DNA of 63,986 nucleotides, filler included, from Circinaria calcarea (taxonomy: Eukaryota): NCBI GenBank assembly GCA_051942165.1. It is 6 parts of 6 records of this genome, joined end to end, with 100 filler letters (N's around TTAATTAATTAA, not from the genome) between each part and the next. Parts side by side here need not be neighbours in the genome. Positions count along the whole stretch, not along the records: positions 53,686 to 63,986 come from JAVECS010000825.1; 5 more parts are not named here. One strand, given 5' to 3'. A program made the position numbers and the translations under genes. Of the stretch, positions 63,548-63,986 are shown one piece after another. The notes below the pieces were generated by a model. The model saw only the letters and a list, made by a program, of their open reading frames with translations, ran no database searches and was not told the DNA's origin. The first letter of the stretch is position 1. Every line of letters starts with the position of its first letter.

Positions 63548-63986
63548 TATTTTGGTAAGTTAAGCGAGGCGAGCGTCTAGTCTTCTTCTTGGATCACAGT
63601 CGGATATTTCGGCGGACGTTTGTTTCTTTTCGATACCCCCTCTATATTTGGGGCAAACGGCCTCTCTGTTTCTTTTCAGGAACGGTCTAAAAAGGGGGCT
63701 TTTTTCCGGTCATCAGTCAGGCTCGGTGTGCATCCTTTTCTCCCTATTAATCTACTCTTTTATATAAATCCGCCACTCCATCCCACGCACCAATATCCTG
63801 CCCCCCTCTCACCCAAACCATCCCCAATCCCGATCCTTTCTCCCCAAACAACCCCTTAACCGCCTTTCCAACCGCACCAATTTTACCTCATCATCCCCCT
63901 TTTTGCAACGGGGCAGGGTTGAAGGGAGAAGGAAAAGGAGAGAAAAAAAGGGGAGAATTTGTTCAACAATATTCACGATAGACCTC

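Overview
This is eukaryotic DNA from a filamentous ascomycete (Pezizomycotina-type genes with short spliceosomal introns), not a prokaryote. It is not one locus. Six unrelated contigs of about 10.6 kb are joined by an artificial 100-bp linker (44 N + TTAATTAATTAA + 44 N), so neighbourhoods are only meaningful within a contig. Contig 1 (1-10659): C2H2-type zinc-finger/TPR gene, convergent HET-domain gene, PTH11-like membrane protein, disrupted methyltransferase, 3' end of a G-patch protein. Contig 2: PKA-like kinase, MYND pseudogene, VMA11, ROM2. Contig 3: SurE-TTL fusion (Pby1-like), DHCR24-like FAD oxidoreductase, uncharacterised membrane protein. Contig 4: NACHT-ankyrin NLR, beta-carbonic anhydrase, TDT/Mae1 transporter, BPL1 3' end. 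Contig 5: UBC7 3' end, scramblase, GMC oxidoreductase, LCL2, MetE-like pseudogene. Contig 6: Pta1 3' end, hypothetical protein, SIL1, complex I 17.8-kDa subunit, RIP-like relic, GRF zinc-finger protein. The most notable signals are immunity-related. The HET gene has a triplicated HET N-terminal module and one in-frame TGA, and lies tail-to-tail with a TPR gene that has near-identical internal repeats but no visible NTPase domain (a candidate sensor-effector pair). The NLR carries an ankyrin-array scar and a weak HET-s-like motif. Also notable are a catalytic Asp-to-Asn change in the beta-CA and an intron that could toggle SurE-only versus SurE-TTL proteins. All family assignments are by motif recognition; no searches were run.
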